DNA of 64,000 nt from an uncultured Acidimicrobiaceae bacterium (GCA_963794875.1 CAWCFG010000008.1:872-64871); one strand, 5' to 3'. Positions 41,557-51,180 are shown, counted from the stretch's first letter. Notes: generated by a model not told the origin, from the sequence alone. A program made the numbers and translations.

Positions 41557-42805
41557 AGACCTCGATCCGAACGGGGAAGGTCGCGAGGTAGTCCCCGAAA
41601 CGCCCCCGCACCTCTTCGGGCGTGACGCCGAAGTGGTTGCGGAGGTCGTAGGCCACCCTCCCCTCCCTGCCACGGGGATGGGCGATCTGGTAGTCCGAGA
41701 TCTCGGTCCGTGCCTGCTCGGTGAGTGCGATGCCGGCGCAGTCGTACACCCGCTCCAGGGTGCCGAGTTCGTCCGCCATGTACTCCTCGAAGAAGACATC
41801 CACCGTGCGATCTTCCGCCAGCAGGTGCCTGTCGCGCAACGAGGCGTCGAGCAGCGTGCCGATGCGCTCCGTCCAATAGTCGCGATACCAATCGGGCCGT
41901 GTCGTGCGGTAGGTCGTGCGTGCGCCGTAGCACGCCATGGTGATCGTCGACTGGACCACGGCCACCGGGTCGCGGTGGGTCACCACGACGGTGGCGTCGG
42001 GGAAGGTGCGCAGGAGCGGCCCGAGTTGCTCGAGATGCTGGGGCGATTTGAGGACCCAGCGCTCCTTGGGCCGGGTCCACTGCAGAATCTGGAGCACCGA
42101 TTTCATGTAGGCGTAGTGCGGCGTCTGGTCGTGGGCGAGGTAGTGGTCGCGCCACTGCGGGGCTCGCGCCACCCACTCGAGCGTGTAGCTCGAGAAGTCG
42201 GGCACCTGCAGTTCGATCTCCTCGTGCACGTGGTCGGGCTCCATGGGGTGCATGGCCGCCACGAGCGGAGCCGCGGCCTGCATGGCCTCCCAGGTGCCCT
42301 GGCAACGGGTCCACCGTGGGTCGGCCCCGTCAACCGCGGTCGGCTCCTTCGGGTTGCGCACTGGCTCGTAGGACTCCCACAAGGGCATGGAACGGAAGCG
42401 CGTGTCCGCAGCCAGCAGGTTGACGAGGTGCGTGGTGCCCGAGCGGGGCAGCCCGACCACAATGACCGGCCGGGTGATGGGGATGTCGAGGATCTCGGGG
42501 TGGCGGGTCAGCAGATCGTGGACGAGGAGGCGGTTGGAGGCAGCGCGGACGCAGTCGGCGAACATCACGAGCCTCCCGATGCCGGTTCGCTCGTCGTCGG
42601 CGTCCATCTCGGCCAGCTGCAGGCCGAGCCGCACCGCGAAGCCCTCGTCTCCGAAGTCGGTCAGACCGGTGCGGGCCCCGGCGGCGTCACACACCGCGTC
42701 GACGGTGAGGTCGGTCGTCTTGGATTCTCCGTAGTCGATGGCCATCCGCTGGACGTCGTTGAGGACCGGGGCGCCCAGGTCGTGGATCTCTATGACGTCA
42801 CCCAT
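41555..42805 (-). CDS. Sulfotransferase family protein
   Basis: The PAPS 5'-phosphosulfate-binding loop VVGLPRSGTTHL, then WVLKSPQHL and VVTHRDP. An ATGA overlap links it to the downstream gene. Confidence 0.75.
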   Translation of the reverse strand: MGDVIEIHDLGAPVLNDVQRMAIDYGESKTTDLTVDAVCDAAGARTGLTDFGDEGFAVRLGLQLAEMDADDERTGIGRLVMFADCVRAASNRLLVHDLLTRHPEILDIPITRPVIVVGLPRSGTTHLVNLLAADTRFRSMPLWESYEPVRNPKEPTAVDGADPRWTRCQGTWEAMQAAAPLVAAMHPMEPDHVHEEIELQVPDFSSYTLEWVARAPQWRDHYLAHDQTPHYAYMKSVLQILQWTRPKERWVLKSPQHLEQLGPLLRTFPDATVVVTHRDPVAVVQSTITMACYGARTTYRTTRPDWYRDYWTERIGTLLDASLRDRHLLAEDRTVDVFFEEYMADELGTLERVYDCAGIALTEQARTEISDYQIAHPRGREGRVAYDLRNHFGVTPEEVRGRFGDYLATFPVRIEV

Positions 42806-42814
42806 GGCACCTCT

Positions 42815-43564
42815 TCAGTTGGCGAGATAGCCGCCGTCGACGGCCAGAGTCCCGCCCGTGATGAAGGCCGCCCCCTCGCTCGAGAGGAAGAGGACGGCCG
42901 CCGCGACCTCCTCCGGCGTGCCCATACGCGGCAGGATCGCACGGGCCAGCTCGCTTTCCAGCAGCTGCGGAAAGGCCTGCATCGGTGCCGTCATCGGCGT
43001 GTCGATCAGACCCGGGGCCACGGCATTGACCCGAATGCCGTCACCGGCCCAGTGGGCGGCCAGGTTTCGGGTCAAGGTGAGGAGGGCCGCCTTGGCGGCG
43101 GCATAGCCGGGCACGATGGTGGTCGAACGAAAGGCCGTCATCGACACGAGATTGACCACGCTGGCGCCCCCCGCCATGGCGCTTGCGCCCAGCGCCGCTC
43201 GCAGGCCCGTCGTCAGGCGCATGGCGCCCTCCACATTGAGGTCGAGTGCTGCGGCGAAACCGTCGGGATCCCACTCGTCCCGCCCGTCGGGGAAGTTGGC
43301 TCCGGCGTTGTTGACCAGCACGTCCAGTCTGTCGAACGTGTTCGCCAGCTCCTCCACGGCGGCGTGGTCGCGGACGTCGAGCGGACGGTAGGCAAAGGAG
43401 GTCAGGTCGACGTCGTACTGCTCTGTATCGGGGCGCGTCCCCGTGACGGTCACCTTGGCGCCGGAGCGGGCGAAGGCTGTGGCGGTGGCGTGTCCGATGC
43501 CGCTCGTGCCGCCGGTCACCAGGACAGAGGTGCCCGCGAAGTCGAACCGGAGTCCGTTGGTCAT
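42815..43564 (-). CDS. SDR family oxidoreductase
   Basis: ATG 43564. Contains VLVTGGTSGIGHA, NNAG and YAAAKAAL. An ATGA overlap links it to the upstream ADH. Confidence 0.85.
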   Translation of the reverse strand: MTNGLRFDFAGTSVLVTGGTSGIGHATATAFARSGAKVTVTGTRPDTEQYDVDLTSFAYRPLDVRDHAAVEELANTFDRLDVLVNNAGANFPDGRDEWDPDGFAAALDLNVEGAMRLTTGLRAALGASAMAGGASVVNLVSMTAFRSTTIVPGYAAAKAALLTLTRNLAAHWAGDGIRVNAVAPGLIDTPMTAPMQAFPQLLESELARAILPRMGTPEEVAAAVLFLSSEGAAFITGGTLAVDGGYLAN

Positions 43565-44568
43565 TCGTCGACTCCGAAGGTGATCAAGACCTTCCCGCAA
43601 TCCTTCGAACCCTCCAGGAGGGCCAACGCCTGGTCGAACTGTTCGAGCGGCAGCGTGTGGGTGATCAGCTCCGACAGGTCGCGTCGCGCCAGGAGCTCAA
43701 TGGCGTCTTCGAACCTCGGGGGGTACTCGAAGGAGCCCCTGATGGTGAACTGCTTCATGAGGACCTGGACGAAGTTCGTCGGCACGGGCGCGTAGTGCAG
43801 CGCCACGAGCGACATGCGTCCGCCGTAGCGCCCGTGTTCGAGGATCTCGCCGAGGAGCCGGTCCGATCCGGATGCCTCGATGAAGACGTCGGTAGCCGGA
43901 GTCGGTCCGAACATGAACGGCGCCGTGCCGTGCAGGCGTGCGAGGTCGTCCCACATGTCGACCTCGAGCGGGTTCACGACATGAGCGGCCCCGAAGTGCT
44001 GCGCCAACTCGAGGCGCCGTCGGCTGGTGTCGATGGCCACCACGTCGCGGATGCCCCGGTCGGCCATTGTGGCGATGGCCAATAGCCCGATCGGGCCGCA
44101 CCCGACAACGGCCACCCGGTCCCCCGGTGCTACCTCGCCCTGGTTGACCGCCTGCATGCCGACGGCGGCCGGCTCGGCCAGCGCGGCGACGCGGAGGTCG
44201 ATGCCGTCGGGGACGGGGAACAGCCGCCCGCCCTTGGCCGCCTCTCTCACCAAGAGGAGCGGCGTGAGCCCGCCCTCTGGTGCGCCGCTGCCCAGCCGGC
44301 CCAACTCCTCGTCGGCGGGATGGACGATGACCCGGTCACCGACCGCGACGCCGTCGACGTCGCCGCCGACCCACTCGACCACACCGGCCATCTCGTGGCC
44401 GAGCGCCATGGGTCGCCCGGTGATGCCTCCCATGTGGACGAAGGAGACATCGGTGCCGCAGATCCCACACGCCGCCGTGCGGACGAGGGTGTCGCGAGGG
44501 CCCGGATGCGATGCCGGGACATCGTCGAGGCGAACGTCGTTGGGGCCGTGGACCCGGATCTGCCTCAC
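43561..44568 (-). CDS. Zinc-dependent alcohol dehydrogenase (MDR family)
   Basis: GTG 44568. Contains CGICGTDVSF, GHEMAGVV and VVGCGPIGL. The upstream 85 codons of ORF 43561..44823 look non-coding. Confidence 0.8.
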   Translation of the reverse strand: MRQIRVHGPNDVRLDDVPASHPGPRDTLVRTAACGICGTDVSFVHMGGITGRPMALGHEMAGVVEWVGGDVDGVAVGDRVIVHPADEELGRLGSGAPEGGLTPLLLVREAAKGGRLFPVPDGIDLRVAALAEPAAVGMQAVNQGEVAPGDRVAVVGCGPIGLLAIATMADRGIRDVVAIDTSRRRLELAQHFGAAHVVNPLEVDMWDDLARLHGTAPFMFGPTPATDVFIEASGSDRLLGEILEHGRYGGRMSLVALHYAPVPTNFVQVLMKQFTIRGSFEYPPRFEDAIELLARRDLSELITHTLPLEQFDQALALLEGSKDCGKVLITFGVDE

Positions 44569-44921
44569 CGGCTCGGGCCCGCCTGGACTGGTCGCCCGCT
44601 CCCCTCCCCCACGGCTGCCTCCCTCACGGCTGCGCAGTATGCCGTGCCGGCGCACGCTGCGTCGGATTGACCGGGCGGCGCTCTTCGAGGCGCCGGGGTG
44701 CGCGAGGCCCGACGTCTCGAAGGTGGCGCTGCAGCCGCCCGACCGGGGGTGGGGAGGTGGAGGCTTTCGCACTCCATCGGACCGCTGACTGGTTCCCATC
44801 ATGCGCTTCGCGTTATGGGGCAAGGTCGGGCTCAGCTGTATGGGTTCTGAGAGGTCCAGACAGTCCCATCACGCTCTGAGCTGGCTTTTTAAGATGGATT
44901 TAGAGAGAACCCCAAGCGGAC

Positions 44922-44948
44922 TCACAGCTGGAATTCTGCTGACTGTGA
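44922..44948. promoter_or_regulatory. 27-bp imperfect palindrome (candidate operator) 24 bp upstream of the adaptor gene start
   Basis: TCACAGctggaattctgctgaCTGTGA is centred on GAATTC, in a lower-GC intergenic region between divergent operons. Confidence 0.3.
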
Positions 44949-44971
44949 CATCACCCGTCTGAACTGGGCTC

Positions 44972-46342
44972 ATGGCGAAAACGGAAGCAGTCGAGGCGCC
45001 GGAGAAACCAGTGGATCTGACAGAGGAATTGCCGCTCGACGACGAGAACGTCCTGGCGGCGGAGCCGCCTTCGGTCTGGCGCCGGTACCGCTGGCCCATT
45101 GTCGGCGCGGTGGTGGTCCTCATCGCCGGGGCGGTGGGTCTGACGCTGTGGCTGACGTCCAGCTCGACACCGGCCACGGGCCTGACCGTGACCACCGCCA
45201 CGGTGAGTGCCACGACCGGCACCATCCAACAGACCGTGGCCAGCTCGGGCACACTCGAGCCGGCCAGCCAGGCCGATCTGAACTTCGCCGTGTCGGGCAC
45301 CGTGACCGGCGTGAACGTCAAAGCCGGCCAGACGGTGACCGCCGGGCAGGTGTTGGCTACGGTCGACACCACCGCCCTCTCCGACGAGGTGACGGCGGCC
45401 CAGGCCCAACTCACTGCGGCGGAGGACCGGCTTTCGAGTGACGAAGCCTCGGGCGCCTCGACCAGTTCGATCGATTCGGACCAAGCGTCGGTGACCTCGG
45501 CGGAGTCCTCGTTGTCCACGGCGCAGACCAATCTCAACGACGCGTCCTTGACCTCGACCATCTCGGGCACCGTCGCCTCGGTCGATCTCCAGACCGGCCA
45601 ACAGGTGACCGGGACGGGTTCGGGCTCGGGCGGCGCCGGCAACAGCACCGGCGCGGCCTCGAGCGCGGCCAGCACGGCGGCCTCGACCGGGAGCGGGTCG
45701 GGTTCGTCCACCGGCCAGATCGTGGTCATCGGGACGGACTCCTACATCGTCAACGCGACGGTCGACGACACAGAGATCGGTGAGATCGCCGACGGCGACC
45801 AGGTCGACATCACCCCGAGCGGCGACACCACGCCGGTCTACGGTACGGTCGGATCGATCAGCCTCATTGGCAGCGCCAGCTCCGACGTGACCACCTTCCC
45901 GGTCGTCATCGACGTGACGGGGAATCCCACCGGCCTCTTCGCCGGAGCGACCGCTGACGTCAGAATCATCGTCAAGCAGCTCAACAACGTGACCGAGGTG
46001 CCCACCGGGGCCATCTCCTATGGCACGAACGGTCAGGCCACCGTCACGAAGGTCGTCAACGGGAACCACGTCGTCACCAACGTGACTGTCGGCGCCGCCG
46101 AGAACGGCGAGACGCAGATCACGAGTGGGGTCAAGGCCGGCGACAAGCTGCTCGAGCGCGAGATCACCTTCAAGGCCCCGGGCGGTGGCGCCGGCAGTCT
46201 CTTCGGCGGCGGCGGCACCGGGACGCGTCGCTTCGGCGGGGGCACCGGCGGGTTCGGCGGCACCGGTGCGGGCGGCTTCGGCGGCGGTGGCGGCGGCATC
46301 ACCGGTGCGGGCGGCTTCGGCGGCGCGGGAGCCGGTGGATGA
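44972..46342 (+). CDS. HlyD/MacA-type periplasmic adaptor (membrane fusion) protein with a Gly-rich tail
   Basis: N-terminal TM, then ASSGTLEPASQADLNFAVSGTVTGVNVKAGQTVTAGQVLATVD, a coiled coil, beta-barrel regions, and the C-terminus [34 protein letters not shown]. Confidence 0.8.
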   Translation: MAKTEAVEAPEKPVDLTEELPLDDENVLAAEPPSVWRRYRWPIVGAVVVLIAGAVGLTLWLTSSSTPATGLTVTTATVSATTGTIQQTVASSGTLEPASQADLNFAVSGTVTGVNVKAGQTVTAGQVLATVDTTALSDEVTAAQAQLTAAEDRLSSDEASGASTSSIDSDQASVTSAESSLSTAQTNLNDASLTSTISGTVASVDLQTGQQVTGTGSGSGGAGNSTGAASSAASTAASTGSGSGSSTGQIVVIGTDSYIVNATVDDTEIGEIADGDQVDITPSGDTTPVYGTVGSISLIGSASSDVTTFPVVIDVTGNPTGLFAGATADVRIIVKQLNNVTEVPTGAISYGTNGQATVTKVVNGNHVVTNVTVGAAENGETQITSGVKAGDKLLEREITFKAPGGGAGSLFGGGGTGTRRFGGGTGGFGGTGAGGFGGGGGGITGAGGFGGAGAGG

Positions 46343-47076
46343 CCGTCACTGACCCTCAGGGGACGCGCCCCGTGCGGGACACGGTGATTGAGCTGGAGCG
46401 GGTGACCAAGGTCTACCGAACCGGCACCATCAGCGTGGCCGCACTCCGGGGTGTCAGCCTCTCCATCGAACAGGGCGAGTACGTCGCCATCATCGGGCCC
46501 TCGGGCTCGGGCAAGTCGACCCTCATGCACATCCTCGGCTGCCTCGACGTCCCGAGCTCGGGTGGCTACCACCTGGCTGGTGAGGACGTCAGCCACATGA
46601 GCGAGACCGCGCTGGCCGAAGTGCGCAATCGGCGCATCGGCTTCGTCTTCCAGCAGTTCAACCTGCTGCCGTCCATGACGGCCTGGCAGAACGTGGAGCT
46701 CCCGATGGTCTACGCCGGTGTGCCGCGCTCCATCCGCAAGGAGCGAGCCATGGAGGCCCTGGCCCGCGTCGGCCTGGCCGGCCGCGTCAACCACCGGCCC
46801 GGCGAGCTCTCCGGCGGCCAGCAGCAGCGTGTGGCGGTGGCCCGGGCCCTCGTCACCGAGCCGGACCTGATCCTGGCCGACGAGCCCACCGGGAATCTCG
46901 ATTCGAAATCGGCCGCCGATGTCATGCGCCTGATGGGCGAGCTGCACGATGCCGGCCGCACGCTCGTCCTCATCACGCACGACGTGGAGGTGGCGGGAGC
47001 CGCCGGCCGCGTCGTCGGCATCCGGGACGGCCTTCTGACCGAGAACGACTCGCGCTACCTCGAGAGTGTCCGATGA
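46339..47076 (+). CDS. MacB/LolD-type ABC transporter ATP-binding protein
   Basis: [36 protein letters not shown]. Confidence 0.9.
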   Translation: MTVTDPQGTRPVRDTVIELERVTKVYRTGTISVAALRGVSLSIEQGEYVAIIGPSGSGKSTLMHILGCLDVPSSGGYHLAGEDVSHMSETALAEVRNRRIGFVFQQFNLLPSMTAWQNVELPMVYAGVPRSIRKERAMEALARVGLAGRVNHRPGELSGGQQQRVAVARALVTEPDLILADEPTGNLDSKSAADVMRLMGELHDAGRTLVLITHDVEVAGAAGRVVGIRDGLLTENDSRYLESVR

Positions 47077-48317
47077 ACTGGCTCGAAACACTTCGTACCG
47101 GCGTCAACGGTGTGCGCAGCCACCGGCTGCGCTCCTTCCTGACTGTCCTCGGCATCCTGATCGGCATCGCCGGCGTGATCATCGCGGTGGGTCTGGGCGA
47201 GGGCGCCTCGGGGCAGGTCACCTCGGAGATCAACGCGCTGGGCTCGAACGTCCTGACCATCACGCCGGGCAGCACGACCTCGACCTCGGGTATCCGCGAG
47301 GCCTTGGGGTCGGCTTCCACGCTGACCATGTCGGACGTGGCGGCGCTGGCCTCCCCCATCGACGCACCCGATATCAAGGCCGTGGCCGGCATCACCTCGT
47401 CCTCGGAGGTTCTGACGGCTGGCAGCGAAACGGCAACGACGACCGTGCAGGGCACCACGCCGTCGTGGTTGACGGTGCGTGGACGCACGATCGCCCAGGG
47501 CCGCTTTCTCGACAATCAGGACGTGAAGGACCTCTCGGCCAGTGTTGTCCTCGGTGAGACGACGGCCTCCGAGCTGTTCAGCCGGGCCGACCCGGTGGGC
47601 CAGACCGTCGACGTGAACGGCGTCCCGCTCACGGTCGTCGGCGTCCTCACGTCGACCGGGTCGTCCACCTCGTCGTCGAGCACCACGGACCCCGACGACA
47701 CCGCGATCATCCCCATCACGACGGGCGCCGAGCGCATCTTCGGTGGCACCTCACGCAACGCGGTGAGCTCCATTGCTGTGCAGGCCCGTTCGTCGGCGGA
47801 CCTGACCGGCGCCTACCAGGAGGCGGACCACCTCCTGCTGCAGCTGCACGGCATCACCGACACCGCCGACGCGGACTTCACCATCACCTCGCAGGCGTCC
47901 CTCATTGCGGCCAACACGTCGGTGGATCACACCCTGACCATTTTGCTCGGCGGGATCGCCGCCATCTCGCTCATTGTGGGCGGCATCGGCGTCATGAACA
48001 TCATGCTGGTGTCGGTCACCGAGCGCATCCGCGAAATCGGCCTGCGCAAGGCGCTCGGCGCTACCCCGCGGGTCATCCGCCGCCAGTTCCTGGTGGAGGC
48101 ATCGGTGCTCGGTCTGGTGGGCGGGCTGTTGGGTGTGCTGGCGGGACTGCTCGGCGTCGTCTGGCTCCCCGGCCTCATCGGGGATCCGATTTCGATCAGC
48201 CCCACTGCCGCCGTCGGCGCGCTGGTCATCGCACTGGCCATCGGTGTCCTCTTCGGGGTCTACCCCGCCAGCCGCGCGGCCACGCTCGCACCGATCGACG
48301 CTCTCCGCAGCGAGTGA
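47073..48317 (+). CDS. MacB/FtsX-type ABC transporter permease
   Basis: [36 protein letters not shown], a large extracytoplasmic domain, and a C-terminal FtsX 3-TM bundle with TERIREIGLRKALGA. Confidence 0.88.
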   Translation: MNWLETLRTGVNGVRSHRLRSFLTVLGILIGIAGVIIAVGLGEGASGQVTSEINALGSNVLTITPGSTTSTSGIREALGSASTLTMSDVAALASPIDAPDIKAVAGITSSSEVLTAGSETATTTVQGTTPSWLTVRGRTIAQGRFLDNQDVKDLSASVVLGETTASELFSRADPVGQTVDVNGVPLTVVGVLTSTGSSTSSSSTTDPDDTAIIPITTGAERIFGGTSRNAVSSIAVQARSSADLTGAYQEADHLLLQLHGITDTADADFTITSQASLIAANTSVDHTLTILLGGIAAISLIVGGIGVMNIMLVSVTERIREIGLRKALGATPRVIRRQFLVEASVLGLVGGLLGVLAGLLGVVWLPGLIGDPISISPTAAVGALVIALAIGVLFGVYPASRAATLAPIDALRSE

Positions 48318-48406
48318 GCGCCATGCACAGAACGCCATGCATCAACACACAAGATCATCAGCACACGAGAAAAGAAACTCAAGGAAAAGAAAGAGGAACC
48401 AGGACG

Positions 48407-49396
48407 ATGCAGTCACTGACCAGCCGAACCAGCAGCGGTCGGCGCTTCATGCGTCTGGCCGGCACGGGCGCCACGGCACTTCTCGCCGCGACGGCGGTGG
48501 CCTCGGCGGCCGGAGCAGCCACCACGCCGGCCAACGCCCCCGCCGGCGCCTCGGGCAGCGTGGCTTCTCTCAGCGGATCGAGCATGGAGGTCCAGAACGC
48601 GAGCTCCGGGCAGACGACGGTGAACTGGAGCACGACCACCACGTTCTCCAAGACTGTGACCCAAGCGGTGAGCACGCTGGCCGCCGGCGACTGCGTGACG
48701 GTGAACGGGACGCCGTCCAAGAAGTCCAAGACGACGATTGCGGCTCGCACCATCACCGTCACCACGGCCAGTTCCACAGGAACGTGCACGCAGGGCGGTC
48801 GCACCGGAACTGCAGCCGGCGGCGCCGGCGGTGGCTTTCCTGGCGGCGGTTTTCCCGGTGGTGGCGCCGGTTTCCGGGGCGGCGGTGCCGCGCGCACGGG
48901 TGCCGGTAGCGGCAGCGCCGAGGGCGGGACGCGTCCGAGCTTCGGTGGGAGCGGATCGTCGAACTTCCGCAAGGCCCTGGCCAACGTGGCCATCGCCTCG
49001 GGCAAGGTGACGGGTGTCAGCGGGTCCACCGTGACGGTGTCGGGTATCAGCATCAGTCCGGGGTCGTTCACCCGTCCCACCACGAACTCCTCGTCGAAGA
49101 CCAAGAAGCCCACTGCGCCCAAGACCAAGACCGAGACGCTCACGATCACGACGTCGAGCTCGACCACGGTGAGCGCCACCCAGACCGCAGCGTCGACCGA
49201 CCTCGCTGTCGGTGATTGCGTCAGCGCCTTCGGTCCGGCCGCGACCAACGGGTCGGTCACGGCGACCACGGTCCGGATCACCGCGACCAGCGGGACCTGC
49301 AGCTCCGGATTCGGTGGATTCGGCCGCGGCGGTGGCTTCGGCGGTCCCGGGGCCGGAGGTCCCGGCGGAGCCGGAGGCGGGGGTACCGGTGCCTAA
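48407..49396 (+). CDS. Secreted two-repeat protein (DUF5666-like, tentative) with GGFPGG/GGFGG linkers
   Basis: ATG 48407 follows a purine-rich RBS tract. The signal peptide is GRRFMRLAGTGATALLAATAVASAAGA. Two similar beta-rich modules (…GDCVTVNGT… and …GDCVSAFGP…) are each followed by Gly-rich segments. Confidence 0.6.
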   Translation: MQSLTSRTSSGRRFMRLAGTGATALLAATAVASAAGAATTPANAPAGASGSVASLSGSSMEVQNASSGQTTVNWSTTTTFSKTVTQAVSTLAAGDCVTVNGTPSKKSKTTIAARTITVTTASSTGTCTQGGRTGTAAGGAGGGFPGGGFPGGGAGFRGGGAARTGAGSGSAEGGTRPSFGGSGSSNFRKALANVAIASGKVTGVSGSTVTVSGISISPGSFTRPTTNSSSKTKKPTAPKTKTETLTITTSSSTTVSATQTAASTDLAVGDCVSAFGPAATNGSVTATTVRITATSGTCSSGFGGFGRGGGFGGPGAGGPGGAGGGGTGA

Positions 49397-51124
49397 GTCG
49401 GGCGCAAGCTCTGGCTGGGGCCGGGCCGGCCACCGGCGCGCCGTTTTGATCGGCGTGGTCGTCGCCGCCGTCGTGCTCGGCGGCGGTGCGGCCGCCTGGG
49501 CCGAAGTCGGGAACGGCGGCGCCGGGTACCGCATGGCCACGGTGACCCGGGCCGACATCGGCACGACACTCGGTGTGGTCGGCACCGTCGAGCCGGTCAG
49601 TGACGCCGCGGCCTCCTTCCAGGTGGCCGGTCAGGTCGCGACGGTGACGGTCACGCCCGGCCAGGTCGTCACGGCCGGTCAGACGCTCGGCACGCTCGAT
49701 ACGACCGCCCTGAGCGAGTCCGTCTCGTCCGCGCAATCCACTGTGGCCGCCGACCAGGCGAAGCTGGTCGAGGACGAGGAGAGCCAGACCAGTTCGGCCT
49801 CGGCCTCGGCCGCCAAGACGCCGACCTCGACCCCCTCGTCCACCACCACGACGACCACGCCTTCACGCAGCACGACGGCCGCCCAGAGCGCCACCGTCAC
49901 GGCCGCCCAGACCGCGCTGACCGGCGATCAGTCCACGCTGTCGACCGACCAGAACAAGGAAGCGGCCGACCTGACCCAGGCCCAGAGCGACTGCACCAGC
50001 GCCAACACCGCCACGCCGTCGGGCCAGGCGACGTGCGAGGCCGCACTCCAGACGGTCTCGGCCGACGAGCAGCAGGTGTCGAAGGATCAGACCGCGGTGT
50101 CCAAGGACGAGACCGCCCTCGGCCAGGCCCTTGATGCCCAATCTTCGGGCGGGACCACCTCGACGACCACGCCCGGTTCGACGCCGACCCAGGGCAGCCA
50201 CGCCGTTGATGCCGCGAGCTTTACCGGCGACTCGGGCACCGGCTCTACCTCCACCAGCACCGGTTCAACCGCATCCGGCGCCGGCGGATCGGGCTCCACC
50301 GCCAACGGGACGGGCTCGAGTGGTGGTGACAGCGACACGCCGGAGCAGATCGCGTCGGATCAAGCCGCCATCGATTCGGCCGAGGCCGATCTTGTCAACG
50401 CAGAGCAGTCGCTCACCGAGGCCACCCTCGACAGCCCCATCAGCGGGACGGTCGTCTCGGTCGACATCGCGGCGGGCGACACGGTGAGCGCCGACTCCAG
50501 CACCGACATCATCACCATCATCGGCACCAAGTCCTACGAGGTCGAGGGCACCCTCACCAGTGCACAGGTCCCATCGGTCAAGGTCGGTCAGAGCGCCACG
50601 GTGCAGGTCGACGGCAGCACCGGCTCCCTCGACGGCACCGTCTCCCAGGTCGGTCCCGTGCAGTCGAGCGACGGGGAATACAGCTACCCCGTCGTGGTCG
50701 ACCTGCCCCCCTCCAACGACACGCTGTTCACCGGTTCGACGGCCAACGTCGTCATCGAGACCGGATCGGTGACCAACGTGCTGGCCGTGCCGACCTCGGC
50801 CGTCGAGACGACCGGCACCAGCTCCTACGTGCTCGAGACGGACCAGGGCGAACTGACCCGGAAGGTCATCAAGGTCGGGATGGTGGGTGACACCTACGCC
50901 CAGGTCCTGTCAGGGCTGCACGACGGGCAGAGCGTCGTCCTGGCCGACTACGGCGAGGCAGTCCCGTCGTCGAACACCGATCTGACCAATGCCCTCGGTG
51001 GCGGCGGTGGTGGCGGCTTCGGCGGCTTCGGCGGCGTGGCCTGGGCGGTGGCCTGGGCGGTGGCGGTACCTTCCGGCAGCGCATCAGCGGGGCGGGCGGC
51101 GGAGGCTTCAGCGCCGGCGGCTGA
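49389..51124 (+). CDS. Second HlyD-type adaptor protein; the C-terminal Gly-rich tail is probably frameshifted near 51035
   Basis: GTG 49389 overlaps the preceding stop. Contains TM, VGTVEPVSDAAASFQVAGQVATVTVTPGQVVTAGQTLGTLD and a long coiled coil. After GGFGGFGG the annotated frame turns into VAWAVAWAV and runs into the next gene. The alternative frame gives GLGGGLGGGGTFRQRISGAGGGGFSAGG and a stop at 51122-51124. Confidence 0.65.
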
Positions 51125-51180
51125 CCCCTGGAGGCAGGGTGGCGCGGCGGTGCGCCGGCACAGGGCGGTACGGTGGCCAC

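Noticed and set aside
40038-43795. ORFs 40038..41591(+) and 41633..43795(+)
   Set aside because: They are antisense to the sulfatase-like, sulfotransferase and SDR genes, all of which carry clear catalytic motifs.
44569-44823. N-terminal 85-codon extension of the ADH ORF, and a possible riboswitch in it (ggtccgatggag looked faintly ykkC-like)
   Set aside because: The extension has a non-coding-like Arg/Gly/Ser composition. The similarity to guanidine-I or other riboswitch consensus sequences is too weak to claim.
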